A stretch of 54,506 nucleotides of DNA, the filler included, from Perkinsus olseni (Eukaryota), in NCBI GenBank assembly GCA_013115125.1. It is 3 parts of 3 records of this genome, joined end to end, with 100 filler letters (N's around TTAATTAATTAA, not from the genome) between each part and the next. Parts side by side here need not be neighbours in the genome. Positions count along the whole stretch, not along the records: positions 1 to 18,156 come from JABANN010000623.1; positions 18,257 to 36,383 come from JABANN010000624.1; 1 more part is not named here. One strand, 5' to 3'. The position numbers were made by a program, and so were the translations under genes. This document shows positions 8,857 through 21,817 of the stretch, piece by piece. Numbering within the stretch: the first letter of the stretch is position 1; every line of letters begins with the position of its first letter. The notes under the pieces are model-generated. The model worked only from the letters and a program-made list of their open reading frames with translations, had not been told where the DNA came from and searched no databases.

Positions 8857-11800
8857 TCATCGGCAAAGGGTCGAACTAAACAACTTGTCGGAATAGGCCG
8901 TCGTAAAGTGTCCAAATATTTCTTGAAGTGTCAACAACTGCCATGATGGAGGCGGGAATGATGAAGGATGATGACGATTGAATACATCCTTGTTGTCAAC
9001 CTTGTTGAGCTTGCTCCTCCACCTGACAGATGAAAGTGGAGACAGGATGCTTCCACTACGGAGTCGGAGACTGCGCAGACTCACTCGTTGCTGCCATTCC
9101 TTGAACGTCATAATCTCGCCACGCCCTTGTCTCCCAGCGGCACTTGGCAGTTGCTGGGACCATAGAGGCAGGACAGGCATTGGCAGCGGTTTGGTTGTAT
9201 CTGCAGGCCCGAGTGCCCGAGAACGGCGAACCTGACAGGAGTCACGATGATAGCGCGAAGACGACAGCCTCGCACAGTATACCTCATCCAGAAGGTGAGG
9301 CTTTCCGTTGTCGTTCTCGAGGCGACTCAGCAAGCTCTGTACCTGTCGTGAAAGGAGTGGTATCAACTGCATACACCAGCGACGACCCACTTTAACAACT
9401 GAGTTGAGGGGATCCACCGATCGATAAACTTCCAGCATCCGCTCGAAACGACTCTTGGTCTTCGACGTCTTCGACTGCCGACCAGAGGGCAGGTATTGGA
9501 GCAGCACCGATAACATGCTAGTCACCTCTCGCGTAGCTGTCTTCTCCTGTTGCTGCCGCTTCTCCGGTGAGGGCGGCTTCCCCGAGTCATCACCAGCCCC
9601 GCCATCTCGGTGACCACCAACGTCCCACAACATAGTAGGACGACACTCTCGCCGCTCGTAAGGGTTGAGGGCAGCTCCTGAGACCACTCTAGTCTCCTCG
9701 GCGATGATCCAGGCATTGCCTACCGCTGACGCCGTTCTTGGCACCACCCTTGGCGGTGGTCCCAAGCTGACGGGCTCGTCGTTTCGCCATCTCCAGGTCC
9801 GTCTGCTGCTGCAGCTCCAAGTTCCTGCGGTTGATCTCCTGTACTCTTCGAAGTCGCTGATTCTCAGCTTGGAATCTGATAACGAAGGCCGTGGGCATCC
9901 GGGCCGGCCCTCCTTCTGTCCGACTTCTGCTGAGACGCCTTGATCTCCTGTGTAACCTCCTTGAGTCGTGTCTCCTCCTTGTTCAGCTGGATCTCAACCT
10001 GGAAGGTCTGTGTGGGCAGAACAGGATGCTCCTAGCACGTCTCACCTCGCTCCTGTCAATCTGTGATAACTGAGGGTTCTGCAGCTTCTGCATGAGAGCT
10101 TCGATCTTGGTAACCAGCTGGCTCTCCTCCATCGCAAGACTGGTCGAGACCTGAGGAGACCGCCCGTCCAAGGCCAGGGTCGGCAGGATGTCGACTCACC
10201 ACTGACTGTCCACCATGCTTCTTGGCAATGTACTTATCGATGTTCTCACTAGTCCACTCAAATCGTCGAGCTTCCTGTAGCTCTTTGATCTGACGAAGAG
10301 CCAGTATGAGCCGCAGTTCGAAACCGACTCCCCTCCCACCTTCTTAGGTGCGGTCAAGGCCACCTCCTGAGCATGGTCAGGGCCAACAGCAGCTGTCCAC
10401 AACTGCAGTTCAACCTAGGACAATGTCTTGGATAGGAGCACTACGACCACGGGCCACCTACCTCGCTGATCGGCTGGTTACTGAGGCAAGTAACAGGCAC
10501 CATGGCTGCCACTCCAGACAGCAGTCGTATGGCAAGATTGTGGTGCAGAGTCATCACTTTGATGGCTGATGAAAGAATGCATGCCCAACACTCGCTGGAC
10601 TCGGCAATGCAGCCCACCTCCATTGGTAGTCGGTATCCGAACTTGAGTCGGCTTCTCCAGCGGTTTGAGACCGGTGATCTCAGCCATCATGTAACTGCAT
10701 AACACTGAAAGGGAGGACCGCCCCAGACAGGAGAAGCTTACCCATCTCCACCATCCGCTGTTGTATCCATCTGTCCTCCGCTATTACCAGACGTATTTTG
10801 GAACTGACCGAACACACACAGGTCAAATGTATCAAATCACCATTGTCCGAAGGTCGTTCATTAAGCGAATCGATGGGACCATCAGAGCCGAGGGTCGTCG
10901 AGCTCAATCGCTCAACCGACACCCTACCGTGGTTTGCAAACGACAGAAGCTGCCAGTCAGAACCGAGTCCCTCAGCTTTTCAGGGAGCTGGACGTACTCG
11001 AAGCAAAGCTGTCGAGTGACCTGATGAAGTGAAAGCAGTTATGAGAGACAAGTGCCTCTGGCACGGCGCCAGTGCAGGTCCTACAAGCATTTGCCGAGCC
11101 ATCTGCAGGGTGAGTTCCTCCTGCTTTGCCTTAGCCATCTGGGCTTTCTCCTGTTTTCGAGAATCTGGAGCGGTACTATGATCGGTGCCGGCCCTCCAGC
11201 CCAACAGTTCCTCACCTTTGGCTGCCTTCTTCTCGTCGGCATCTCCTTCCTACGACAGAGCACGACAATACAACATCAATGCTAATCCCATCATACCCTT
11301 ACCTCAACCTCCTCATCACCTTCACTCTCCTCCCCAGAGCTGCTCTCCGATTCGGAGGATCCCGAAGAGGCTTCCTCGTCATCCTCACCGGACGAGGATG
11401 ACCCCGACTCACTCTCGCCGCTGGACGATTCACCCGACTCTAAATGGATCACCATGGGATCGAACTTGGGTGTAGCATGTCCCCCTACCTGACTCTACAT
11501 CGGACTCTTCGCCGGCCTTGGCCTTCTTCGGTGACCGAGCGACTGGTAATGCTGTCACTCCCTAGGAAAAAGAGCCAATCGACTAGGCAGCAACCTCCGG
11601 TCCAGATCAAGCGACCTCACCAAGTCTTGCACCCTTCAATTCCACAGGATACCTCATGTAAACATCAGAACACAGAGGCAGTATTCCATGATGCAAGAGG
11701 CGTTTCTGAGTCCCGTTGCCTTGCACTGGCTCAGCCAAGTACTACCTTCGCCTTCAGTCGCTCCAAGGCCTTCTTCCTCTCCCGGTACCTCACCAGCTGC

Positions 11801-12064
11801 TCATACCGCTCGTTGAAGACAGCTTCTCGCTCGACCTGCCCAATAATGACGACCCGTGCCAGCCACCACCATCACCGATGTTACCTCAGTCATCTCCTTC
11901 AGCCGCTGCCGGTCTGCATCGTCAATCATGAGGTCATCCCCGAACAGCGGTGCCTCCAGCTCTGGAAGAACCACTGAGGATGCCCCGGCGGCGTTGGACG
12001 CGGATCCCTTCGCCTTCTTGCTTCTTCCCCCTCCCCGACCGGTCGATTTACGTTTGGGTGCCAT
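8857..12064 (-). CDS. RTF1: RNA polymerase II-associated protein Rtf1 (PAF1 complex), multi-exon; 3' end approximate
   Basis: Spliced HMD-like DDLMIDDADRQRLKEMTE|VEREAVFNERYEQL. Plus3-like segments GSFCRLQ, YMMAEITGL and TCLSNQPISE. C-terminal VQEINRRN and NPYERRECRPTMLW. NLS-like start MAPKRK. Confidence 0.85.
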
Positions 12065-12203
12065 CCGGGAGGAACTACAACGGAGCGTTCACTCGGCAGA
12101 CCAAACTCAAGACAACTCGTGCGGTGACACACAAGCGTTACAGAGGAAGAAACTGTGCAAAAAATAGGATAAACAATGCTGATGATGATGAGCAGTTCGG
12201 CTG

Positions 12204-14330
12204 CTATGCAGACTCCGGGTCATCAGGATCGGGGACTTTCCGATCTGATGCTTGGCCATCGTCCCCAACTTCATGCTCTAGGAAGGCCAAGAACGAGTCC
12301 CCAAACCGTTCCCGCTTATCCTCCTGCCCAGCTGCCCTCTTCAATAACGAGGGTCGTGGGGCTTCCGCCTCAGCGAGAGCAGGCCCCAAAGCTTTACGCT
12401 CCTCCACGGTGAACCCTAGCTGCTCAGTCAACCTTTGTACGGCGCTCTCCTCGTCTCCAGCGTCGCATCCCTGTACGAATGCTGTCACCGCTCGAGCCAC
12501 TTCCCTGCGATCTATCAAGTAAGGGCGGTCCTGCAGCTCATTTTGGAGCTTCTGTAGGCAGGAGTTGACAACTTTCTCCAATTCCCCTACTCGGCTACGA
12601 AGGGTATCGCGCTCAGCCGTCACGGAACCGAGAGACCTCGTCAGGTCCAAAACCTACAGCGCAGCAGGCAGAGCGTGGCAGCCGTTCCCAAGAACCGTTG
12701 CCTTACCTTCTCGCCCTGTTCTTGAAACTTCCGGGATTTCTGTTCCTCAGCCACTAAAGCAGCCTGTGTCCTCGCCTTGTCAGCCAGTGCATCATCAAGC
12801 CGGGCTTGCAGCTCACTGACGTCGCCAAGCTGGAGGTCCTCGGCGTTATCGATAGCAGCCGTGTAGGAATCCAAAGCCTCTTGTGATGCCGCTAGGGAGT
12901 TGCGCAACTTATCAACTTGATCTTGCAGAGTCGCTATCTACACAGAAACAGCGCTGCACTCGCCGACAGCATCCAAACGCCCTTGACGCTCGCGAGGTAT
13001 CGGCGAGTAGGAGCTTAGAGGTCGAGAGCCTCAACTTAAGAGCTACTATGATCGAGCAGCTAGGAGGCTATGTTAGGGAAGGATGCCGACTCGAGAACAG
13101 CTGGAATACTGCGAGCCAGTTTTTCCGTGAAATACGCTCTTCTGATCTGGGCGATAGACAGATAGAAGTTTCACTAGCCGAGCGGGTTGGGATGAGCGAG
13201 CCCAAAGTGAGAATACTCGCACCGCACCATTACTAGTATCGCAGCGAGCCGACCTTCCCATTCCCTGCCCCGCTCATCACCTGTCGGGCCTGACCAGCCG
13301 CGTTAACTTCTGCCTCCATGCCCTTCCTCAGACGGTCCTTCAACGTGTCCAAATCCCCAAGCTCCGTCACAGCCCCCTCGAGAGCCTTCTTCTCCTGCTC
13401 CAGCTGCTTCACCTGCCCCTTATACCGTTCCACATCATCAGCATTAGCCTGCATCTGCTGCATAGAATCGAACTGCGCCAGCAGAGACGAGTGCTGCTGC
13501 TGGAGGGAAGCGTAGGCGTCCGCCAGCGTCGAAAAACTATCATTATCTCCTCCTGCCGCCGTCTGCCCCTCCGTGGCCGGTCGACGAACCTCCACCACAG
13601 GACGCTCAGCCAGTTGCCTCTTGAGCTCAGCCACTTGAGCTTGGAGACTCTCAACACGACCGTGGTCCTCAGGCGCTCTGCCATCATCGACCGCTGCGCG
13701 CTTGGATGAGCCGATCCCCGTTGATATGGCTGCGTGAGTAGCGGTCTTAACATTGGAAATGGCAGAGGTGAGGACGCCCACGCCCCAGTTGCCTACTACT
13801 CCCCCTATCGTTGACCCCTCAAGATCCTCAGGAACCCCTCGCTCAAACTGTGCTACTACCGGCCGTTTGGACAGCATCTGCCGTATACTCGGCCAGTCCA
13901 CCTTCTCACTGAGAGCGTTACCATCCACCGCCCTCATGCAATCCCCCGGTTTCACGTCGAGTCTCTCTGCTATGCTACCCGGATGGACTCGGCATATCCT
14001 GTAGGGCGGCTCGATCTCTGTGAACTCCATCCCCAATGGCCCTGGTAAGGCGAAGGTCACTTCATACCGCTCAGTCTCGACTCTGCGAGGTTGCGCAATA
14101 ATCTGGTCGCCGCTGTCAGCCCTTGGCTCTGCTACTGCTGTTGCATCAGAGGGTTCTATGGTCTTCACGTCAGAGCGCTCCATCGGCGAGCCTGTTGGAG
14201 GCGCAGTAGTCGGCCCTAGCCTGACCTCACTCGCCGTTGCTGGTGGCGGCTCCTGTCGAGCATCTATCGGTAGGGGAGGCGGTGGTGGTGGGGGCGAAAG
14301 TCCGTCTTGCGGGGTGTCAGCCGGTAACAT
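12204..14330 (-). CDS. PDZ + coiled-coil + GRAB/GA1 golgin (GMAP-210/Rud3-like), 3 exons
   Basis: PDZ-like YEVTFALPGPLGMEF…VHPGSIAERLDVKPGDCMRAVDG…RPVVAQFER. Long coiled coil. C-terminal IDRREVARAVTAFV…LTEQLGFTVEERKALG (GRAB) and FGDSFLAFLEHE (GA1). Confidence 0.75.
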
Positions 14331-14801
14331 GACTGAACCCAAACCGATCAAACTGCATGACCAGCAGCAGCTCCTGCGGCTTCAGGCGTCCTTCCTAGGG
14401 AAACTCACAACTCAACTTGGTGTGGTACTGATGAACTGTAGCAGTAATACCACAAAGGAATGGTACGATACTGAAGACTCTCACTGACTGTCATATCACC
14501 ATCGAATAGCAATGTTGCAATAGTACTACTCACTCATAGAGAAGAGGAATATACACCATACACTCCTCCACCAAACAACAACCGTCACTGCGCCACGAAA
14601 TCATCACAACAGCCTCGGTAGCCAACAGTAAGATGAATCGAGAGCGTTTATAGCGCAACTATAAAGTAGCGCATCAACGAGTGGCTGCTGTTGGCATCAC
14701 GCGACCATCAAGGTCAGGGAAGAATGGCTGTTGAACTCAGGTCGAGGGCGACGGCGAAGTTGTCTGATGAGGGGAGGCGGCGGCAACTAGCGCTGATGAG
14801 A

Positions 14802-15235
14802 TCACTCGAGGAGAGGATTCTTGCGGATGGGGTTCATGAGGGGTACCATCTGGTGCATATACACGAAGGCCCAGCTGAGATAAGGAGAGAACGATAAGAG
14901 GAAGCTAATAGGGGAAGCTGGCACTCACAACATCCACATGCAAATGGTCGTGAGCCACACAAGCAAAATAGAAAGTCTGATGCCTGAGAAAGGGAGGACA
15001 TCATCTCCAGCCAGCAGCAGTAGAACGCTTACTCTCGCCCTTGGTGATCTTGGGGGTCTCCTTAGCAAACAGGATGGGGGCCACGAAGGTGAACACTACT
15101 CCCAATACAGCAAAGATGATGGTACCAGTGATAAGACCTGCGAACAAACAGAAATAACCGGAGGGATAGGGGGAAGTGCCGCTTACCAGGAGCATGGAAT
15201 CCGAGAGAAGCGGGAGCTGCGGCGACGGCACTCAT
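14802..15235 (-). CDS. ATP6V0E: V-type proton ATPase V0 subunit e, 4 exons
   Basis: Spliced through GT-AG introns: MSAVAAAPASLGFHAPGLITGTIIFAVLGVVFTFVAPILFAKETPKITKGESIRLSILLVWLTTICMWMFWAFVYMHQMVPLMNPIRKNPLLE*. The CxWxxW…Q.xPL..P signature is present. Confidence 0.9.
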
Positions 15236-15506
15236 GGTGATGTAGACAGTTCCGAAGAAATTTGTGAAAGCAAAAAAACTCCTGCAAAATAGATCATCTC
15301 ACAGCGCTTCCCTCAACGATAAAACAACTCAGCCATATGATAGCCCCTCAGCGTAGTAAAACTCAAAAATAAATGCGGCAATGACGTTGAGCACTCAGCT
15401 TCGACCAGAGAAGAAACATGCTCCACTGTTGTCAGATTACAATGGGCCTCCCCTCACGACCTTCCCGCTTCCCGAAGGATCCCGACCAAACCGAGCGTTG
15501 TGGCAT

Positions 15507-18037
15507 TCACGACAGGCAGGGGTATATCGAGCACTCGGATAGGATGGTCTTGCTGAGGATGATAGCCGACAGAGAGGAGAGCAGCATGCCGAGGCTGCTC
15601 ACGCCGTAGGATACGTTAACCAGGACCTGATGGTGACGGAGTTACTGAGAACACTGGAAAGTGGTCGAAGCGCTCACTACCTCCCGAAGCCTGTCAGGGA
15701 CCGTGGGAGTGTCCCTAAAGTAAGCATAGCAGGCGGAGTAGCTGGTACCACCCATGAGGCCGACCACCATCATACAACAGCCATAGAACTCGAAGCCAGC
15801 GGTATCGGTCACGAACCACTCATAGCGTACCTGATATGGGAGAGGGCTCAGCAGGAGGAAGAGTGGCGCTGATTGAGCTACGGAGTGAAGACTGGACTCG
15901 GCGGCCCAAAACACGCAGTTTGCGAGTTGTAGAAGAGTTGGTATCCATATAAGAGCGATGGGAGGGCTAGGCATCTGAGGGACCATTGGGATGGCGTATG
16001 TTCAGCAGGAAAGTCCGGTACCATGCCGACGACCCCTCGAGAGAGAGCAACACCTAGGTTATAACCAGCATACGATAAGGCGTATCTTGACGACAGAAGA
16101 GCATCCTCCAATCACGAAGGATCTGCTGGTGGCTCACGCATTGGAATCAACTAAGCCATGGCCATGAGGATGCAGAGTGCTACGGTCAAGGAAGCTTTGG
16201 GTGATGAGATACTCGAGAAAGTAAACAGCACCCTGAGAGAGAGCCATGCTGCTTCCTCCGTCCGGGTAAAGCTGTAGCCTACAAAGTTGAGCACGCCAGC
16301 TCCTGCCGTCCTCATGCACTCACCAGCACTGGCCAAGGTGAGGGGATCGCTTCTTGCATGCGACGTCGTCTCATGCCCCTTAGCTGCTCCGAGGTCAGTG
16401 TTGTGCTGGTCTACATACATGAAGGCAAAGTAGAATCTAAACCGCGAGCGGTGGGCGGTAGCGAAGGGATAAGGGCTCTTCTACATCGGAATGAGAACGT
16501 TCAAGGACAGCATGAAGAAGACAGTCCCGACCCCTGTGGAGGGATATAACGACTTGGACCAGGCGTACACGACCGGGGCCACCAGACCAGACACGCCTGT
16601 GCCAATACCCCAGGCACCCAAGGTAGCGGGGGGAAGATGGTAACACCGAGAGACCACCTGAAAGGGGAGGACTCGACACTACGGGGGAGCTGCCCTGCAT
16701 TACAAGCACTTCACCGATGCCCTGACTGCCACCACTGGTCACAGCAGCTATCAATGAAATCCCAAACCCAAGGGTGGATGCCGTATGGGAGCCTCCGACG
16801 GCATCTGACAGGAAAAGGTGCGAAGCAGCTATGCTGTCGATGCAGCCGTCCCTACACCAGCTCAGCGCCGTAGCAGCGGCAAGAAGGGCATAGCTGAGGC
16901 CTTGCAGTAGGAGGATGAACTTGGTGCGGCTCAGGAAGGAAAAGTTGGCCACACCAAATCTGACGACGATTCAACTGCAGGCCACCGCTGCTGCCAAGTG
17001 ATAGTACCTTGCATGCAGGCCACTTGCGAGCATGCAGCTGATGAGTTGTATTAGACCATAATAGGGCATGTAGTCGACTTTGCCAAAGTGATAGGCCAAG
17101 CTCTGGGAGGTGGAGTATCTGCATGCCGAAACAGGCTGCCGCTGATATTAGTACTAAATGGTTGATGCAAGAGGTTATAGGCAGCTCATGACTCCGAATA
17201 ATAACTCTGGCTGAACATGTGGACCTATTTCGTATCTTGTTAACTCCAACCCAAGATTCGCAGAGATGGTAAGGGATTGCCGCTGAGGCGCTGAAGTCGA
17301 AGCTGCTTAGCCTTATGTAAAATCGACAACTGGTCTACACCACTTTCCAACTTGAAAACATCCAGCCTCAATTTCGTGGAGCGCAATATGAGATGCGCTC
17401 TGTGCATGTTCATCGGTATACGGTACACAGGACGCGGGGACCTTGCGTTGCAGTTGGCTTTCTTGTCTACCAAGCGAAAAATTGAGGTCCCATCCTTTTA
17501 ACTTGAGGTGAAAATGGTCTAGTGCGACTAAATCTCGCCGCAAATTTCGTCCATTCTTTCGTTCAGCAGCATTTCACCCGATACCGTCGAATTGCGCCCT
17601 AACGGCCGAAGCTCATTTCAAGCAGTGCTGCCCTATCCAGTGATACGTCCGAGCTGGTCTTATTTATTATTCCAGCTAGGTACCCGCAGTTTCAAAGCAC
17701 GCGGGCTCGGGAGATCTCGATAGGAAAAATGATAGACAAAACATGAGTTGCACTGCTCGTTGGGAATTTTACAAATTTTACCACACCGGACTCATATAAC
17801 ATGCACGCGACCGTGCGGTGGTGACGAATGCGCACCGTACTCTATTCTAGCCACGCGGAGCCAGTCCAAGTAAGCCCTACCAGGAGCCCGCCCTACTTAC
17901 ATGAGATGAAGCGCAGTATTGTTGATTACTCCCAATAGGAAGACACAGGCATACACACCCTTAGGGGTACTCGAGGGTCCCTTGGCTACTAGGAGCGGAG
18001 ACAGAGAGTCTCCCTCCAGCGCGGTACAGGCCACCAT
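15507..18037 (-). CDS. CLN3: CLN3/battenin (Btn1) family lysosomal membrane protein, multi-exon
   Basis: Exon 1 VFLLGVINNTALHLI splices in frame to YSTSQSLAYHFGK. Later motifs: SQGIGEV, LGAWGIGTGVSG, YNLGVALSR, VGLMGGTSYSACY…DRLRE, YGVSSLGMLLSS. Confidence 0.85.
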
Positions 18038-18156
18038 CACACAGTAAATACACCCTTAGAAAAGCAAAGCTGAGCAGTTGGACCGTGTTGTAGTTCCATG
18101 GAGACCCTGTGTTGTTTGATGAACCCGAAGCCATGGTGAGTGAATGATAACAGATT

Positions 18157-18256
18157 NNNNNNNNNNNNNNNNNNNNNNNNNNNNNNNNNNNNNNNNNNNN
18201 TTAATTAATTAANNNNNNNNNNNNNNNNNNNNNNNNNNNNNNNNNNNNNNNNNNNN
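18157..18256. other. Artificial assembly gap/linker
   Basis: 44 N + TTAATTAATTAA (stops in all six frames) + 44 N. Confidence 0.98.
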
Positions 18257-20556
18257 AGAAAAAACATATATAAAAATCAAATCGAATCTCGCTCGCCCTA
18301 GTAAAATATCTGAAACCGTCGATTTCAGCGCGTCCACAAAATAATATCACATAATCCTCTCGGAATTATTTCAACGCAATTACACCGTCATCTGGTCATT
18401 TAGCACCACCCCCTGTATCGCACGATTCTATCAAGTGTGATCTTGTATGCATCTTGCTCTTTCGAGCATCCCTGATTTTCCGAGCGAAGGGAGGCGCTAA
18501 TCGGCTCTTACATTCATCCCAACATAGGTTTTCCATAGTTCAATAGTGAGCAATCAAGCTTTCTTTCGTGGACCATTTGTTACTCATTGTGCGCCGATCG
18601 TCTCGTTTATGCGTGCATAGCTGTTTCCCTTCGTGAGGAAAAGAGACTTTACGCTCCCTCCCGTTTTGCGGTGGATTCCGCAACGTACAAGCCACCACTT
18701 TAGGTAAGCCGTTCTCTTACGACGGTTATGTCTACCGCTTCAACTCGTCGCATGCAGAGGCTCTGCCCACAGACCTGCCCCTGATTGATATGCAACTGCC
18801 TTTCACCAATGATCCTTATGATGCAGTCGTTCTTGCGGAGCTGTTCTCGCCCACAACTGAATGAGGACATCTGAGTTCCGCCTTGATGAAAAACAAATCG
18901 CGCAGTCGTTGTTCTTCCTGTTGCCGTCGACCGAACGGCGCATCTTTTGTTGCAGTCTCGACGGTTGGGTATCGTTGAACGCCCCATCCTTCCTTTCTCC
19001 CATCCACCTATTCATCATTCTATCGCAGCGCGGCTGCGGGAAGTACACACGCGCTGAGTCGGTTCCTGCTCTTAGACTACTGTCGCTACTAAGACAACCT
19101 CCACTTCTACTGCGCATGCTTGTGCACTACAGTGACCACTATCTCTGCTGCTTAGTTACTACCAGTATCTCGTGTCATTTCGCGCATTGCGCTCGCGTGC
19201 TAGATTGAGCTACAGATCAAGCTTTGGATCACATTATCGCTTAGACCCCCCTCAAGAGCAGTTTCGCCTTTCTCTGAGCTTGCGACACTTCACTGAGATA
19301 CACTGCACTTGGTCCCATTTGAGCATCTAGGCTCTTCCTGCGCCATGTATCCACCGCCATTAGTTATGCGTTCAATACCACGATATAGATCACGCTTTAG
19401 GCCATCCTTCCATCTCCAACTTTTCCTCGAAAGGCGCGTCTCAATAATCCTTGTGCAATGTAGTGACAACCCGCTACGCGAATCGGACGCGAGATTGCAT
19501 ACAAATGAGTGGAAATTTGGATTCAAATCTCTCGAGAGCAAGGACTGGGTCATGGCGGTGATCACCTCAAGCCGCTCTCCAGCGTTGCTGGTAGATGTGA
19601 ACGTGCCAATAACTCAAGCTTCTCATGTGTCGAGTAGATTGTATTATACAATGTGTACAATTTGCAATTGTAAATTTATACACAATTTGTAAACAATTGT
19701 CTTTTGGTCGCACATATCTTGTCTCAGAGAGGAGCAGTACCCGTAAAAGATCGGTGTAGTTGTCAATACAGTGTACGATAGTCTGGGCATCTACTGCACT
19801 CCAAAATATCCTTATCTGATAGGGGTTGGATCAACTGCTTGCTATGGAAAGGCCTTCAGAGTCCCCCTCGTGAGCCAGTGGACAGTATTAGGGATGGGTA
19901 TTTCGGACAGAGCGGCAGAGGTTAAACTTAAAACTTCGGAGAGTGTCCGCGACCACTGGCCGGCGGCCAGGCATCAGTTTTACTCCTAGAACTGCCAGGC
20001 GGTGAGATATAGTCACTGTTAGCCTGCAACTGGCGGTAAGCCTTATCGGGGGAGGCAAAACCCATTTGCGTTCTGACATAAAGAGGGATGGCCACTTCGG
20101 GTGTGAGCAATTCCATCTCGTGTTGCTGGTGTCTCTTCTCTCGACTGTTGTGCTCAGATTTGATGTTGCTCTGTTGCCGAGAACATTTGTTGCATGTTTA
20201 TGTAATCCCGGGCTCGGTATCAACGAGGGCACTTCGGTAGTTTCTAGGACAGGGGTTTTCCCACAAAAAAGCAGGAGCGTGTTGAACCATCCAACTCTTG
20301 TCTGTGGCGCTGTGCATGGCCCTATCGCTTAAAGCTAAGAGTTTGAGTCGAGCGTCTGGACCGATGACTCGCTTCGGAGTATCGAGCGGTTCGAGCGGGA
20401 GCGGCGAATTTTCCGTCGAAGCTCCCACGGGGAGCCAGTTGCGAACCCGAAGGGTCTGGCCTCCAACACCGCTGCGAACTCCCGTGTGAAAACTCCGACG
20501 TATACGAGCAATCGTTCCGTGTAAACTCCAAGGCTGCTGGCGGTTTTTCATCCACT

Positions 20557-20690
20557 TACAGTGCGAACCAAACCGTTATGCAAATCATTGCAAGATCATA
20601 TACACCTTGCAAAGTTCATTGATAAACTCTCCTTATTGAGCAAGTTATCTCAAAAAAGGTGATTTGCATAACGGTTTGGTTCGCACTGTA
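20557..20690. mobile_element. Tc1/mariner-type MITE (130 bp plus TA target-site duplication)
   Basis: Perfect 29-bp TIRs CAGTGCGAACCAAACCGTTATGCAAATCA (20559-20587 and 20660-20688), flanked by TA on both sides. Confidence 0.9.
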
Positions 20691-21817
20691 GATGAACACA
20701 ACAGAACACATTGCAAGCGTCAACTGGCCGCTACGCTATTGCGCCTCTTGAAAGCATCTCTCATCTCATCTTCGGCTCGCCGCTCCCACACACCCTCGGC
20801 ACCACTGGCACGTATCAAGGCGGCCATGTCAACTCGGGGACGCTTACCTGACCATGCGAAAGATAGGAATTGAACCCACGTGACATGTGAGTTTATGGTC
20901 CAACAACGGTCACGGCTCAGTCAAACTGCCGCCGATGTGCTCAGCTATTGCGAGCGTTATGCACAAACCGATGCAAAGTGATCACCGGAGGTGCTATGGG
21001 AACAAAAACCCTTGCAAAGCAGCAAGTGCCGCAACCCTGCATCAGAATGCTGGCCGCATCGCTCACTTCGGTCCTCAATCGGAGCGCGTATTGTTCGAGC
21101 CCTCCGCTGGTTCACGACTTGTGTCGTCTTCTGAGAGCTGCCTGCTGCTGTCGTCGAGGAGCTGTTGTCGTTGAACAAATCGGCGAATTCAACCTGCCCA
21201 CAACCTCAAGTGGCTCGGTTTCAGTGCGGAAGGAGCTAGCCTTGCCTCCAAGGGATGCTTGTAGCCCTCCTTGTCCCTTTCAGAGAAGGGAGCATTAACT
21301 CGCTCATAAAAGGTGCCTTCAACATCAACAATTCGCTGGAGATTTCGACGCTGACACCGGGAAATCGAATGCGACCACGGGCGCGGCGACTCACCATATC
21401 GTCTCTTTTGATGTTCCTCGTCTGTGCTATCTGCTCTCCATGGCTTATCTCGTACCTGAGCCGGGGGAAAACAGATAATGCAACACGGTCATAGCACATC
21501 TGCACGGGTAGTGGTTTCGTCGGTTAACGAACGTTCTAAGTCAATTGGTCGGACGTTTAAGCCCACTTATCGAGCAACGTTTATGCGAGATGCGGCGAAA
21601 GTGCATAAAATGAATTGCAACTGCACAACGAGTTTCGAGCAGACAAGCGGAAAAATATTTTCCAGGAGCTGATGAAGTGGTAAGGGGCTCAGGGGCAAGA
21701 AAGGAACGATGAGCGGGATAGGGTTCCCCAATAATAAAAAGAAGAAGGAATCATTGGACCAACCCGGGACATGCCTGTGGTCCGAGATGAATGAGCAAAC
21801 AGTTCGTAATGCCCTGT

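Noticed and set aside
8857-11700. Initially looked like gag/pol debris because of many short ORFs
   Set aside because: The exons splice into Rtf1 (HMD, Plus3 and C-terminal motifs).
18157-18256. TTAATTAATTAA palindrome within N runs (also 36384-36483)
   Set aside because: An artificial six-frame-stop linker, not biology; adjacency across it is not guaranteed.
18700-21700. Many 60-130 aa ORFs on both strands
   Set aside because: No consistent exon chain or motif; probably decayed repeats or intergenic DNA.
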